A stretch of 64,000 nucleotides of DNA. Source: a virus (lineage: Duplodnaviria > Caudoviricetes). Shown here piece after piece: positions 35,653 through 46,574 of the stretch. Numbering within the stretch: the stretch's first letter is position 1; every line of letters begins with the position of its first letter. Where the stretch lies: the IMG/VR virus record IMGVR_UViG_3300025671_000004, positions 1,865-65,864 of that record, one strand, 5' to 3'. The notes beneath the pieces are model-generated. The model saw only the letters and a list, made by a program, of their open reading frames with translations, was not told the origin of the DNA and did no database searches. A program made the position numbers and the translations under genes.

Positions 35653-36456
35653 TTATGGGTAACTATTCATAACGTCTGTTTCAACTGAAAATAATTCAAC
35701 TTTTGACGTAGATGAGTTCTCCATGGTGAACACCATGTAGTGACCTAATATTGATGCGTTTTCTATATTTCCCGACTTGACAAACAAAAAGAATTCAACA
35801 TTGCTAGGGATTGGTGTGGTTGATGGGATTGTGGTATTTATTCGTACCCTGTTGATACCATTTGGTATGTCTACCTCTACATTCGTAACAACGCCACATA
35901 GAACAGGCGTTCCGAGTGAGTTGAAGTACATGTAGTCACCAACACTTATGATCGAACCTACACTAACATATGTGAACTGACCCGAATCGAAATTGATTAT
36001 GGTATCCGTGGGCACAGCCGTGTTCACCGATGTGCTGTTTGCTATACCAACGGCAATTCTGAGTTGATAGTCTGACAGGTTTGAAGGGACATCCGAAGAA
36101 TTCCTTATGAACGAAAACCAAACACCTTCTTTTTTCTCAAAAAACACAGATGATATCTCCCCGGTAGAACTGATATCTGTCTCCATGGTCATATCCCATG
36201 AGTCCGTAGAGTGTAAACCCATAGCCTTGTAAAGCTTGTTCGCGGTAGGCATTTCATTGAATACACTAGTCATTTTTGACGAAAATTGTGTACCGTAGTA
36301 TTCATTTCTGACAGGATTCACATTGTGTCTGTACAAGTTTCCACCCTTGAAAGTGTACATGTACTGATTCAAGTTCACGATCGCTTCGGGCTCGTATGAA
36401 TAGAACGATGGCCAACCATCTGTTATGGTGCTGTATGTAAGTGTATATGACTCCAT
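35653..36456 (-). CDS. Tail stabilisation/nozzle C-terminal-like protein
   Basis: GWPSFYSYEPE...YTFKGG.LYRHN and FEKKEG.WF..I motifs. Confidence 0.7.
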   Translation of the reverse strand: MESYTLTYSTITDGWPSFYSYEPEAIVNLNQYMYTFKGGNLYRHNVNPVRNEYYGTQFSSKMTSVFNEMPTANKLYKAMGLHSTDSWDMTMETDISSTGEISSVFFEKKEGVWFSFIRNSSDVPSNLSDYQLRIAVGIANSTSVNTAVPTDTIINFDSGQFTYVSVGSIISVGDYMYFNSLGTPVLCGVVTNVEVDIPNGINRVRINTTIPSTTPIPSNVEFFLFVKSGNIENASILGHYMVFTMENSSTSKVELFSVETDVMNSYP

Positions 36457-37415
36457 TATGGGCAATTTGCTATACCTGTTATCACTCCGTTCGCATCCAC
36501 GATTATCACCTTCTTAGTTGGCGTCAAATCCAACTTGTAATCTCCTGCAGGAACCTTTGTTTCGCCATACTCGTCCAAGAATATGAAGTCGTACAAAGAT
36601 GGGTCGCCAAAGCTAGATCCGTCAACAGGAGCATTGTAGAACGTGTTTGGGTATGTTGAAGATGCACAAGTACCACCAACATCAGATGCGTCAAATCCTG
36701 TTAGTTTCACCGGGCACCTAACCTCGATATCCCACTCGGATATTTCGCAACAAGCCAAAACGCTAACTGTTACGGATGGGTAGTACACGTTTGTTCTTGG
36801 TATCACCATTAAGCACGACCCGGGCGAAACGCCTGACGACAAACTAACCATGCTAGTTGTTATGCCTAAGGACTCTAGGGCGCCCTCTAAGACGAAACCA
36901 ATGTTATCCTTGTAGAAGTACCTATCGTACTGACGAGATGATGTGTTTACGGATAGGTTTGGGCAGTATTCGGGAGAGGCCCCTGTGGACTCGGCATCAT
37001 TACCTATGATGGTGTATGTCGTTGGTCCTGCACTACTCCCATGGAAACCATCAACAGGGGATGTAAGTTTGTTGTATGAGTTTCCCCCATATGACGCTTT
37101 TATCCCATTCGCCACATTGTTTGGGTTGAAGAATATCAACACCGCACCTGTATACAAACTAGGGTCATTCCCTAGTCCAACAGTCATATTGTATATCCCT
37201 CTAAACACAGATGTGGATACAGAGAAAATACACTCTTGACTAAGTGTATCGCAGGGGGCAACAGCGGCCAAAACACCGCCCACTTGCCTCCTTACGACTC
37301 CATTGAATGAATACCATCCATCGGGTGCCGGAGTGGTTAAAGTAGAGTCGGTGTAGACCGCATATGCCAATGCGAAATCGGGATTGTCTATGTAAAATGT
37401 TCCTTGTGTTGCCAT
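36456..37415 (-). CDS. Putative tail structural protein
   Basis: 319 aa, beta-rich with several Cys, TAATG-coupled. Confidence 0.65.
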   Translation of the reverse strand: MATQGTFYIDNPDFALAYAVYTDSTLTTPAPDGWYSFNGVVRRQVGGVLAAVAPCDTLSQECIFSVSTSVFRGIYNMTVGLGNDPSLYTGAVLIFFNPNNVANGIKASYGGNSYNKLTSPVDGFHGSSAGPTTYTIIGNDAESTGASPEYCPNLSVNTSSRQYDRYFYKDNIGFVLEGALESLGITTSMVSLSSGVSPGSCLMVIPRTNVYYPSVTVSVLACCEISEWDIEVRCPVKLTGFDASDVGGTCASSTYPNTFYNAPVDGSSFGDPSLYDFIFLDEYGETKVPAGDYKLDLTPTKKVIIVDANGVITGIANCP

Positions 37416-40400
37416 TATGGACAGTCGCAGCTAGTTAAAGTTATTGTCAGACCCGCATCAATTGATGAGAGGGATTTTATACAGTAGCTCGTAGTTTGGC
37501 CGGATATAAGCGTAAATGTCTGAGCAATGTCGTCACAATCTACGAATGCAATATTGAGTGATCCGGCCGTAGGGTTGCTTACTTCATAATACCCGCAAAC
37601 ATCGTCACAACTTTCAACAAACGCAACACCCGATATCTCGGCTGTAGCAACGCCTCCAACATCCAATGCAGTAACCTCAAACACGCATTCGGGGTCAAAT
37701 GCGAGGAGCTTCACAAACTCGCCAAGGTTTACACCGAATGCTCTCGGTACAACCCTAGTTTCAACAACACCATCCTCGCGGCATTGCGTTACTTCAATAA
37801 GCTCGGTGCCTTGACATCCAAAGCATGCATCCTCGTCATCGGTCAAACTCTGACATAGCGTTATTTGATAGTCACGAACATAGTCGTATATGAGGTACAG
37901 GTAGTGGTCATTTGTTGACGGCATTGTGAATGACGCCTTGAATTCGGGGTCACTACCTGTTATTGGTGTAGCGGCAGATGAAGCAGCCAACAGAGCGGCT
38001 ATTCCGCCGGGTGTGTTCGAGTAAAGCGTATTTGATCTTAGATATCTGAATCCATCTCTCGATGCGTCAAAGATAAGGTCATCCCCATCTTGAACGATCT
38101 TCTTAGATATCATTGAAACAACGGCTCCATCTGCAGGTATGTATCCTCCACCTTGTGGTCCCGAGAACCACTCGAACTGAGAAACGACATACGCGGTCGT
38201 GCCTAGAGCCATCTGCACTTGCGTGGAATGTAATGGAGAGATAAATGACCCATCAGTCCACCTGTATTGGTTGTGTATCTTTTGATTGAATACGGCCGAG
38301 CTAGATAGCGTCACTTGGATGATGTTAATCTCTTGAGCTTCGGGACATCTAACTGTTAAAATGATATTTGTTTCCCCGGACACAGCCGACACCGTAATGT
38401 CTGCAGATGTGATACCAACAACACCTTTCGGGAAGTTAAGTGACCCCGAAGTACTTACAGGACCACTAGAGTAGTTGGTGCCATTGTAGTTCACCGTTAT
38501 ATTCACAGACCCTGTGGTGCTCACGATGTTATAATCAACATAAGAGTCACCAACAGTTTCTCCCAAATCAATGCAATCAGAGTATGATGTAGATTCGTCA
38601 ACGGTTACTCCTTTCGTGAATCCACATGGTTCACACTCATCTTCTACAGGTATTACCTTGTCGGAAATGTGCAGAACGTATTCATCGTTATATGGATCGT
38701 ATCCGCCAAGCTTGAATGTACCCGAATTGCTTATGAAGGTGTCTCTAAACCAAGAGTCCATTAACCCTGTGATATCTCTTAGGGATTCATTTGGCACCCC
38801 TCCACCTGTAAGCATTATAACGGCACTTCTTTTTTCATCAGTAAACCAACGCAATGCCCCATACTTGGCGTAAGACTCGGGATTGTTGCTTATGCCATAC
38901 TCTTCCTTTCTAGCTATCTGAGTTCCCAATACCTCGGGAACGGATGTGACCGCTCCTCCGCCGACAGCATCGGACAAGAGGTTCTTGTTTACTAGAACAT
39001 ACGAAATCATATCCTCTTGAAGAACCAAGATGTTGGTATCCATTCCATCCAATACTTGAACAGGTCCGAACGAGTCCTCTAAATCCTTGAAGTTTAGCAA
39101 GCTTGCATTGAACTCATTTAACTTATTAACATTGGTCTCATCGTTGTATATTCCGCTGTACGTTATATCAGCATACCTATGGGCCTGCCCATACTCTTGG
39201 GCAGCAACGCTAGTGACTCTATTGCCCAAAAGCATTGACTTACCAATAATGGAATCCTGTATTTTGTAACTCTCAGCGCCGTTTCCAAAACTATAGCAGT
39301 TGAAAAAAGCCGTATCTATGATCGCAGGAACTCCTGTGCTTACATTCTGATCTTGAACGTTTCCTAGGTGGTTTCCTCCGGATATTTCATAAGAATCTGA
39401 TGACTCATACCAAACATCGGGTAAGGCATCCTTTGGTTCTGTTTCGAATATCAGATCTGCAAAACTATCTCTGTACACAACAATATTCAGCCTTACAACT
39501 GACTCCTTCTTACGATAACACGCCCTCATACCAATAGCACACAAATACCTCTTACTCGCCCTAGTTGGACAGTCGTCATCGTCAACAAACCTTAAAAAGA
39601 TACTCTCATTATCCCCCTGTGGTAGCACGGATTTAATATCATCGCAACCCGCACCCAAGGATGACATTGATATAACCGTTGGGTCATAATCTATCACTAC
39701 AGGAGAGCCTCCACAAAACGATGAAGAATCAAGTGCGCTAGATATAAGTGACGCAATACCCTCTGAATCAAACCAAGATTTAAAGTCTGAGTAATCCCTC
39801 TTTGCGGTGGCCGTTATATTTGAAACACCCGACTTAGTGTTGCAAGACCACGAACAACCTCTCCCCTCTCGGTCTGCGTTTACGCTAATCGAAATAGTCG
39901 CGCCTTCGGGTATTGAATAATCTATCCATGGGTCTGTTGCTGATGTGGCATTTGGATCCTCAACTTGAACCTCATATCTCACAACAGGCCAATCATCACC
40001 TTGGACTGAGTCTGTTTTTTGGCCGTAATATATCCTCTGACGACTTTGGCCGGAGACAGAAAAGTCATTTGAAGGTATCTTCATGTAAGTACCCTCAGTT
40101 GCTGATGGTATAAAGCCCGCAGTTTTTACGGATTTTTCTAAAACAGAAACCTCCACATACCTATTTAGTGGCCCCGAAGTGTCAGCTTTTACTATCAGCT
40201 TGTCGCCCTCTTCAACCTTCCTTATGTTCTCCCCCTCTAATTTAACCCAACAGAATGCATCCACCTCAAAGAATGCAGCAGAGTATATCGTGTTATATGT
40301 TTCCTTTTCGGGCTTTATAGCAAACTTATAGTGTGACGCAAAAGCGGGTGGCCTCTGCTGAGATGGTATTGTTACACGAATTCGATTTCTTGTAACAGAT

Positions 40401-42202
40401 CCTTCTGCACCAACAAAAACATTGTTGTCAGGGCTAGTAATAACGGTAGTGGATCTGCCGAATTCATCCATGTAAATTATACCAACCTCATACCCCATAC
40501 TGCTATGCAGGCTAGTCGCGATTGCTATTGGGCGATACACCGCATTTACCGATGTTGGTGCCAAGTACTCATACGCATAATTTGATCCACCATCATCATA
40601 TCTCATTGCAGGGAATTGAAACCCTATCTCATTGCTAGATGTTGACGACAGTACCCTTATAGGTTCTGATGAGAAGTTTATACCGCTCGAAGACTTGTCT
40701 AGTGCATTCAAGCTAAAGTCAAATGCACAATTGTATTCATCTGTTTCAGTAAAACCGGAACATGAATTCGCTACAGTTTGAATATTCGCAGCAGTACCTA
40801 TGGTTTCTAAGAACTCAGCACTAGTTGCTAAGTCGTACACACTAGTGTAATCTCTCGGTAGGATATATGTAAGTGAGAAGATTATACCATTGTTTGTGGC
40901 TGTTGGATTGGGTATTCCCGATGTAGTAAAAGAGTCATGAGAAAGAACCACCTCAAAAGATACTCCGGCACCTTTAATAAGACTAAGCCCGCTTAGATCG
41001 AAATAAACAATACCATCTGTTACCGTCTTCGGTGTGTCTATTGTATATGTGGCGTCATCTAGTCTTGACGAAATAGATTCTTCATCTATTTCAGTTGAAA
41101 TAAGAGATATGTCAAATTCTGACCTCAACTTGTATCCCGATGAATCAACCAAATCAAAGCCCTCAACGTAATTACCGTACATCAATCGATTGTCCATTAT
41201 CGTTTGAGCCTTCGCCTTTATCGGAACATTGTCGTACAACCTTGATATCTCTTGTATTGGGAGAACGGTAAGAGACTTGCTATTGTTGAAAACATACTTG
41301 TAATCCGTATTATCAACAAGACCTAGATTGCTCTTGTCTAGCTTGTCGATCACATTTATTGTGCCCGACTCCATGTCCTTAAACAGGATGTCTATACCAA
41401 CCACCAAGCGGCTTCCCGAATTGTAAGTTATTTCGCACGAGTTTATCGAGTTAATCATGCCGGTATTGAGACCTGTAACGAGGTCTACGTTAAACGCCCC
41501 CGGCACGAACGCCGGCTCAGAGAATTGTGATGTCGCAGAATACTCTCCATCTGCATATCTATACCGATACGCAAAGCAAATGAACTTCTCACTCAGATAC
41601 CTATTCCCCGAACCCGATGTCAAGTTTTTTATAGACGGAGACCCAATTGGTGGCCTTTTTATCACCAACAAATCCTCATCGGTTATTGTATCAACGTAAT
41701 TGATGATGATCTTGGCCGGCTTACCATAACTTCTCTTAACGTTAATGCAGCGAGGCTGATTAAGGTTGTCGGTCCAAAGCAAGAAATCGTCAAGTATGTT
41801 TACCCCTGTAATAAAGTAATTAGGGTCAAAATTCAGTACAGAAACGGAGATGACATGGTACGAAATAGATCCATCGGTAGTATCATATGAAACTACCAAA
41901 TCAAGCGGATTATTGCCTAGTGTATTCCAATCGGGGTCATGCACAAACCAAAATATCCGATTGGTCTCAGACTCAGCCGTAGCCCCAATACATACAGCGC
42001 TAGGACTAAGAGGTATACCATCGTAAGAAAGGGTCGTCAACTTTAAGTTACCCAAGGTATTCTCAACAGCCCCAATCTCAGACTCCTCCGTGGCCCCTGT
42101 TCTAACATTAAGAGCGTCAACGTACTCTCCATTTGGTATAAGCCTCTCATCGACAGACTTATTCATTCTGCCTTTTATAAAATGTCTACCGTTCTTGGCC
42201 AT
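37415..42202 (-). CDS. Large tail stabilisation/nozzle protein
   Basis: 1595 aa; GRMNKSVDERL...EY.DALN, WTDN.NQPR.IN and EEYGISNNPES motifs. Confidence 0.8.
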   Translation of the reverse strand: MAKNGRHFIKGRMNKSVDERLIPNGEYVDALNVRTGATEESEIGAVENTLGNLKLTTLSYDGIPLSPSAVCIGATAESETNRIFWFVHDPDWNTLGNNPLDLVVSYDTTDGSISYHVISVSVLNFDPNYFITGVNILDDFLLWTDNLNQPRCINVKRSYGKPAKIIINYVDTITDEDLLVIKRPPIGSPSIKNLTSGSGNRYLSEKFICFAYRYRYADGEYSATSQFSEPAFVPGAFNVDLVTGLNTGMINSINSCEITYNSGSRLVVGIDILFKDMESGTINVIDKLDKSNLGLVDNTDYKYVFNNSKSLTVLPIQEISRLYDNVPIKAKAQTIMDNRLMYGNYVEGFDLVDSSGYKLRSEFDISLISTEIDEESISSRLDDATYTIDTPKTVTDGIVYFDLSGLSLIKGAGVSFEVVLSHDSFTTSGIPNPTATNNGIIFSLTYILPRDYTSVYDLATSAEFLETIGTAANIQTVANSCSGFTETDEYNCAFDFSLNALDKSSSGINFSSEPIRVLSSTSSNEIGFQFPAMRYDDGGSNYAYEYLAPTSVNAVYRPIAIATSLHSSMGYEVGIIYMDEFGRSTTVITSPDNNVFVGAEGSVTRNRIRVTIPSQQRPPAFASHYKFAIKPEKETYNTIYSAAFFEVDAFCWVKLEGENIRKVEEGDKLIVKADTSGPLNRYVEVSVLEKSVKTAGFIPSATEGTYMKIPSNDFSVSGQSRQRIYYGQKTDSVQGDDWPVVRYEVQVEDPNATSATDPWIDYSIPEGATISISVNADREGRGCSWSCNTKSGVSNITATAKRDYSDFKSWFDSEGIASLISSALDSSSFCGGSPVVIDYDPTVISMSSLGAGCDDIKSVLPQGDNESIFLRFVDDDDCPTRASKRYLCAIGMRACYRKKESVVRLNIVVYRDSFADLIFETEPKDALPDVWYESSDSYEISGGNHLGNVQDQNVSTGVPAIIDTAFFNCYSFGNGAESYKIQDSIIGKSMLLGNRVTSVAAQEYGQAHRYADITYSGIYNDETNVNKLNEFNASLLNFKDLEDSFGPVQVLDGMDTNILVLQEDMISYVLVNKNLLSDAVGGGAVTSVPEVLGTQIARKEEYGISNNPESYAKYGALRWFTDEKRSAVIMLTGGGVPNESLRDITGLMDSWFRDTFISNSGTFKLGGYDPYNDEYVLHISDKVIPVEDECEPCGFTKGVTVDESTSYSDCIDLGETVGDSYVDYNIVSTTGSVNITVNYNGTNYSSGPVSTSGSLNFPKGVVGITSADITVSAVSGETNIILTVRCPEAQEINIIQVTLSSSAVFNQKIHNQYRWTDGSFISPLHSTQVQMALGTTAYVVSQFEWFSGPQGGGYIPADGAVVSMISKKIVQDGDDLIFDASRDGFRYLRSNTLYSNTPGGIAALLAASSAATPITGSDPEFKASFTMPSTNDHYLYLIYDYVRDYQITLCQSLTDDEDACFGCQGTELIEVTQCREDGVVETRVVPRAFGVNLGEFVKLLAFDPECVFEVTALDVGGVATAEISGVAFVESCDDVCGYYEVSNPTAGSLNIAFVDCDDIAQTFTLISGQTTSYCIKSLSSIDAGLTITLTSCDCP

Positions 42203-43125
42203 TATTTAATCCAATTGCTTTGACCTCTCAATGGCATCAATAGTCTGCCCGGATGCATTCTGCTGAGCCTTATCTTGGCGTTATTCAACAATGCTTTCGC
42301 TTTCTTCCTCTTTCTGTTCACGATATACTCTTGAACATTCAGCTTGCTGTCTAACATCTCCTTCTCAATATACGCATACACATACGCTTCAAAAAGCTTG
42401 TTGACCATGATCTGCGACTCCTGCCCATTCTCCATGCCATCGGAAATGTACTCTAAAACACATTGCTCACCTTGCATGCGCGAGTCAAAGTTTATGACAC
42501 CCGATCTTTTGTCAACCCTAAAAGTTGGATTAACATTAGCAGTAGACGCATCGATACCAAAATCACCGCCGACCTCATATCTGAAATACCATTCCCCATC
42601 GATGAACCACCCCAAATATCCGTTGTATGGACTATTCGGGTTGATGTATGGAGTCAGTAGTTTTCCATCTAATCTATCCAAGTCCAATTCAGAAAATCTA
42701 GGATTCACAACGTTTCCGTTTGAGTCATAGATAAATCCGCCGGAACTATCTTGGAGGTACGTCTTTGCCGTATTCACTTGGGTGTTTTCGTTCAGCGGAA
42801 GTAAGGCACCATTCTTATACAGCGATATCCTAACCCAAGACACAAAGTCCGGTGGAAGTACGAATATCAAATTGTCAGAAACCTCCAACTGAAGGCTCTT
42901 GATTTCTTTTAAGGCATCGTAATTCAGCTCCTGTATGGCTCTCTTCGCGTGAAATATAATCTTGTACCTTGGCTCATTGTTGATGAGCGAATGGTCTCCA
43001 TGATACATCAGCAAGAAGTTGTTGACTATGTCAGACAGACTAACATACTGATATGATCCCCAATTCTCATCAGTAGGGACCACACCTTCGTTTTCATAGT
43101 ACTTGTATTGATTTATGTATGCCAT
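42202..43125 (-). CDS. Tail ring/adaptor protein
   Basis: HAKRAIQEL.YD, LPPDFV.WVRIS and LEYISDG; position after the capsid genes. Confidence 0.7.
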   Translation of the reverse strand: MAYINQYKYYENEGVVPTDENWGSYQYVSLSDIVNNFLLMYHGDHSLINNEPRYKIIFHAKRAIQELNYDALKEIKSLQLEVSDNLIFVLPPDFVSWVRISLYKNGALLPLNENTQVNTAKTYLQDSSGGFIYDSNGNVVNPRFSELDLDRLDGKLLTPYINPNSPYNGYLGWFIDGEWYFRYEVGGDFGIDASTANVNPTFRVDKRSGVINFDSRMQGEQCVLEYISDGMENGQESQIMVNKLFEAYVYAYIEKEMLDSKLNVQEYIVNRKRKKAKALLNNAKIRLSRMHPGRLLMPLRGQSNWIK

Positions 43126-43856
43126 TACATGCCTTGATTATCTTCTAATTCTTCCCTTTTTGCAAAGCTATAAACATCATTCTCTCTGATAGATATGCCT
43201 GCATATTGGAGTATTTTAACCACCAATCTTATCTCATCCTCAATAGGTAGCTCTATATCTTGATAGTCTACGGCAGATTGGTTAAATATCGGAGCTCCTG
43301 CAACAATCGTGTAAGTCCACTTTGGGTCTTTCGGATACCTGACATAGGTACACTTCACTAAGCCATTTTGGTTTATATCAGACGGATACATAGCCACCCT
43401 CCCTCCTTCTTGAGTATAGTATGGCCAAACCAATGTGGGAGATGTCAATGGGCTTGCAAGCAAGGTTCTTATCTTGCTAAGCTCAACTCTTTCAGCGTAA
43501 GACAAAAATGCTCCCGAAGAGTTAAAAACAGACATAGACCTAATGTAATAATAGTCATCACCTGTTGTGGCTAAAGATGGTAAAAAATATTTGTTGTCTA
43601 CATCCCTAGTAAGAGTCACCTCTTCTCTCGTGAATACACCAATTGCCTCTGCAGCCATCTTTGACATGTTCCCTATATCCGACCCGGACTTCCTTGTGTT
43701 TTCGTCCGTAATGGCCTTATTATAGTTTCGAAAGTATGACTCAAAGATATCTAATTGAGCCTGCTTGGCGAAGAGGTTGAAGTCTTCCGGTGATACATAC
43801 CCAAAGTTATTTTTATTGAGTATTGCTAGTACTGTGGTTCGGATGGAATTTATCAT
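43125..43856 (-). CDS. Tail ring/adaptor protein
   Basis: NKNN.GY.SP.DFNLFAKQAQ...Y.RYPKDPKW; a -7 element lies at 43872-43879. Confidence 0.7.
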   Translation of the reverse strand: MINSIRTTVLAILNKNNFGYVSPEDFNLFAKQAQLDIFESYFRNYNKAITDENTRKSGSDIGNMSKMAAEAIGVFTREEVTLTRDVDNKYFLPSLATTGDDYYYIRSMSVFNSSGAFLSYAERVELSKIRTLLASPLTSPTLVWPYYTQEGGRVAMYPSDINQNGLVKCTYVRYPKDPKWTYTIVAGAPIFNQSAVDYQDIELPIEDEIRLVVKILQYAGISIRENDVYSFAKREELEDNQGM

Positions 43857-43880
43857 CTCATGATCTTATTACAAAGATAT

Positions 43881-43916
43881 AAAAAAAAGAGGCACCTCAT
43901 AAAGAAGTGCCCCTTT
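43881..43916 (-). terminator. Intrinsic terminator
   Basis: GGCAC/GTGCC stem followed by T8 on the - strand. Confidence 0.6.
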
Positions 43917-43941
43917 AAGGGAGTGGTTATGTGGGTTGGTG

Positions 43942-44226
43942 TTAGGCGATTGTAACTCCACTTACTGCGTATGGCAAGCTTGCAATTTGATATGCAGCTC
44001 TGTTCCAAACGGTTTGAAGTGCAGCAATAACGGCACTTTGAATGGCATCTCTCTGAGTTCTATCACTAGCTCCCGCATTTGTTGCGTGGGTGATGGTGAC
44101 TACTTTACCTCCGCCATAAGTGATTGTAACGGTGGTTGTTGATGCTTGCTTGATAAGCTTGATGTCTGTGGCAGAAACCAATTGGTCTTGCTGCCCTGTT
44201 ACCGGGATTGATAAGAATTTTTCCAT
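43942..44226 (-). CDS. Small structural protein (possible capsid decoration)
   Basis: 94 aa, Thr/Ala/Val-rich, with its own -7 element (44254-44261) and terminator. Confidence 0.65.
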   Translation of the reverse strand: MEKFLSIPVTGQQDQLVSATDIKLIKQASTTTVTITYGGGKVVTITHATNAGASDRTQRDAIQSAVIAALQTVWNRAAYQIASLPYAVSGVTIA

Positions 44227-44279
44227 GATCTATAAAGTCTATGTTTTAAAATTCAAATATACTGATTCCCAAGTAATTA

Positions 44280-45041
44280 TCAAACAAGATATTCATCCAA
44301 AGCCGCCATAACTTCTATACCGTTGTCGGTCAAGAAGTAATCAGCACAAGCCTCGTATGGTGTTTTCCCATTAGGGACATCCAACATTTTCTTTTTGTTT
44401 GATGGGAGATTAAACCAAACCTCTTTATCGTTCTTTCGCAATGAAAGAATTTGTTGCTCAAAATACTTCATCACCTCTCCTCCAAGGTTTAATTCGGGGT
44501 CAGATAAAGCAGAAAGGAACATTTCGGGCTCGTTTCTAGCGAACAGCCTAATATCTCTCTTCAATTCTGCTGAAGTCATCTTTGTTGGGTTTAAACCAAG
44601 GTAAGATCTAGCGATAGCCTCCATTTGCTCCAAGGATATGCTTTTAGCCTGTATGATAGCCTCGGCCTCCATATCCAATCTATCCACCTCCTCTTGAGCG
44701 TCCTTCTCCTCATCAACCTCGACAAATATCTTATCTCGGTCGGGAGTGAGGTGTAAAAACCATTGAAGAGCTGTGTTCTGTTTGTCAACGTAAAGCATGC
44801 CATCCTCAAAGATTATTGGCTCCAAAATAACATTGGCATCCTGTTCGTCTTGAAATGGTGTGGGTTGGTTTCGCGCATACCTTAAAGGTCTCTGCGTCTT
44901 TGTTTCTTCGTCAAAGTAGAGCAAACGCTTTCTGTTTGTATCCCTACTAGACATTATGAAAGATAATGGTGATGCACCGTTTTTAAGGCGATAGGTGCGG
45001 TCCTTTAATTCCAATGGGAATTTACTGATTGACTTACTCAT
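44280..45041 (-). CDS. Conserved protein downstream of the capsid gene
   Basis: LRYARNQ.TPF.DEQ...IIFEDG.L and SAELKRD motifs. Confidence 0.75.
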   Translation of the reverse strand: MSKSISKFPLELKDRTYRLKNGASPLSFIMSSRDTNRKRLLYFDEETKTQRPLRYARNQPTPFQDEQDANVILEPIIFEDGMLYVDKQNTALQWFLHLTPDRDKIFVEVDEEKDAQEEVDRLDMEAEAIIQAKSISLEQMEAIARSYLGLNPTKMTSAELKRDIRLFARNEPEMFLSALSDPELNLGGEVMKYFEQQILSLRKNDKEVWFNLPSNKKKMLDVPNGKTPYEACADYFLTDNGIEVMAALDEYLV

Positions 45042-45064
45042 TTTAATCGATTGAATTTGATGAT

Positions 45065-45095
45065 AAAAAAAAGGGGAGGGATTTAACCTCCCCTT
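45065..45095 (-). terminator. Intrinsic terminator after the major capsid gene
   Basis: AAGGGGAGG/CCTCCCCTT stem with a T-tract. Confidence 0.8.
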
Positions 45096-45113
45096 CCAAA
45101 ACTACTATTAAGA

Positions 45114-46541
45114 CTACTGCTTGAAAATGAAGAAGTTGTTAGCTCCCAATGTACAGATAGCTCTTTCTGACAAGAAACTGATTTCCATCTTGTCAATATT
45201 GCTTGTGGTAGCTCCGCCTGCTCCACCTGTGATCCAAGTCTTGTACCGGCGATCCTCAGTTTGAGATTTGCGGTAGCGAACGTGGAGGAATGGACGCTTG
45301 GCGTTCTTACCCATTACTTCATCGTAAACGCTCTTAGTTCCTGCGGGAACCAATACTCCGTTAACAGCACCCGAAGCGAGGTCACCTCTCATTGTTGGGT
45401 CGTTGAGGTACTTCCAATCTGACTTGTAGAAGTCGTAACCTCTACGGAATCCTGTGAAACCAAGATTCAAAGCCATTGTCTCATCGTTGTCGAAAAGACC
45501 ATAAGAAGAACCACCCGCACCATAGCTGTTCTGAGCTGCGAGCATGTCATCAATGTCGAAAGAGAATTGTCTGTTCAAGAACAGAACGTTCTCCTCGATA
45601 GCACCCTGCTTGTCGAGACGTCCAACAACGGTGTCAAAGTCTGAAAGCGTATTTGGATTACCACCTGACCAAAGGTTTCCACGACTCTCTACTGTGTAGA
45701 AGAAACCGGGAGTACCCTTGTAGTTGGCACCCAAAGCACCCGAACCCGCTGCTGCAGGAACTGCTTCGATCATTGATGTTTCGAGGTAGTCATCAAAGCG
45801 GAGACGAGTCTCGCTAGATGCCTTCATGTACCAAAGGTATCCTGTGGCACCATTCTCTGTGGTAACTTCTACCCATCCAATCTGAGCCATGTCAGAACCA
45901 CTAACTTCATAGGTGTCCTTCAAGATGATTGGGTTGGTTTCGAAGATCTCATCATCCGGCTCAAGAGACCCTACCATTCCGGCAGTTCCTTTATTGAACT
46001 CAGAACCATAAATGAACACAGTACATGGAGTACCGGCAGCGAACGCCTGTCCACCACCTTCGTAGTACGCGATTCTGAATTGGTTTGCAAGCAAACCCGG
46101 TGCACCTACTTCCGTAATGATACCTTTGTTGGATCCGGAACCATTGTTCGCTGAAATAACAACAGTTTGGCCAACTCGAAAAGCGATAGTACCGGTGGTC
46201 AAACCAATAGAAGCTCTGTTCGGAACCAAAGTGTCGTTAACCGTAATAATCGCCGTGGTTGCTAATGGAGCACCCGCAGAAGTACAGTTCGTGTACTTGA
46301 TGTGGAGTCGACCTTGCTCTGACCATTTGATCAAATCTGATGTGCTCGGAATCTCAGCACCAACCATTCGCATGAATGATGAGATGCTTCGATTTCCATA
46401 ACGTTCAAACTCCTTCTCATAAGTATCGGGAAGATACTGATTCAAGAAGTTGAAGTTAGTGATGTAATTTGTTGAAACTGCGACCTGCTGAGCACTAGGC
46501 TGTATCGCATAGGTTGGTGATACTGATATTGAACCTGCCAT
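45114..46541 (-). CDS. Major capsid protein
   Basis: 475 aa after scaffold and portal; QYLPDTYEKEFERYGNR, WSEQGRLH and RPFLHVRYR; strongly biased codons. Confidence 0.88.
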   Translation of the reverse strand: MAGSISVSPTYAIQPSAQQVAVSTNYITNFNFLNQYLPDTYEKEFERYGNRSISSFMRMVGAEIPSTSDLIKWSEQGRLHIKYTNCTSAGAPLATTAIITVNDTLVPNRASIGLTTGTIAFRVGQTVVISANNGSGSNKGIITEVGAPGLLANQFRIAYYEGGGQAFAAGTPCTVFIYGSEFNKGTAGMVGSLEPDDEIFETNPIILKDTYEVSGSDMAQIGWVEVTTENGATGYLWYMKASSETRLRFDDYLETSMIEAVPAAAGSGALGANYKGTPGFFYTVESRGNLWSGGNPNTLSDFDTVVGRLDKQGAIEENVLFLNRQFSFDIDDMLAAQNSYGAGGSSYGLFDNDETMALNLGFTGFRRGYDFYKSDWKYLNDPTMRGDLASGAVNGVLVPAGTKSVYDEVMGKNAKRPFLHVRYRKSQTEDRRYKTWITGGAGGATTSNIDKMEISFLSERAICTLGANNFFIFKQ

Positions 46542-46574
46542 TTTCTTTTTTCTTAAGGGTTATAAAATATAAAA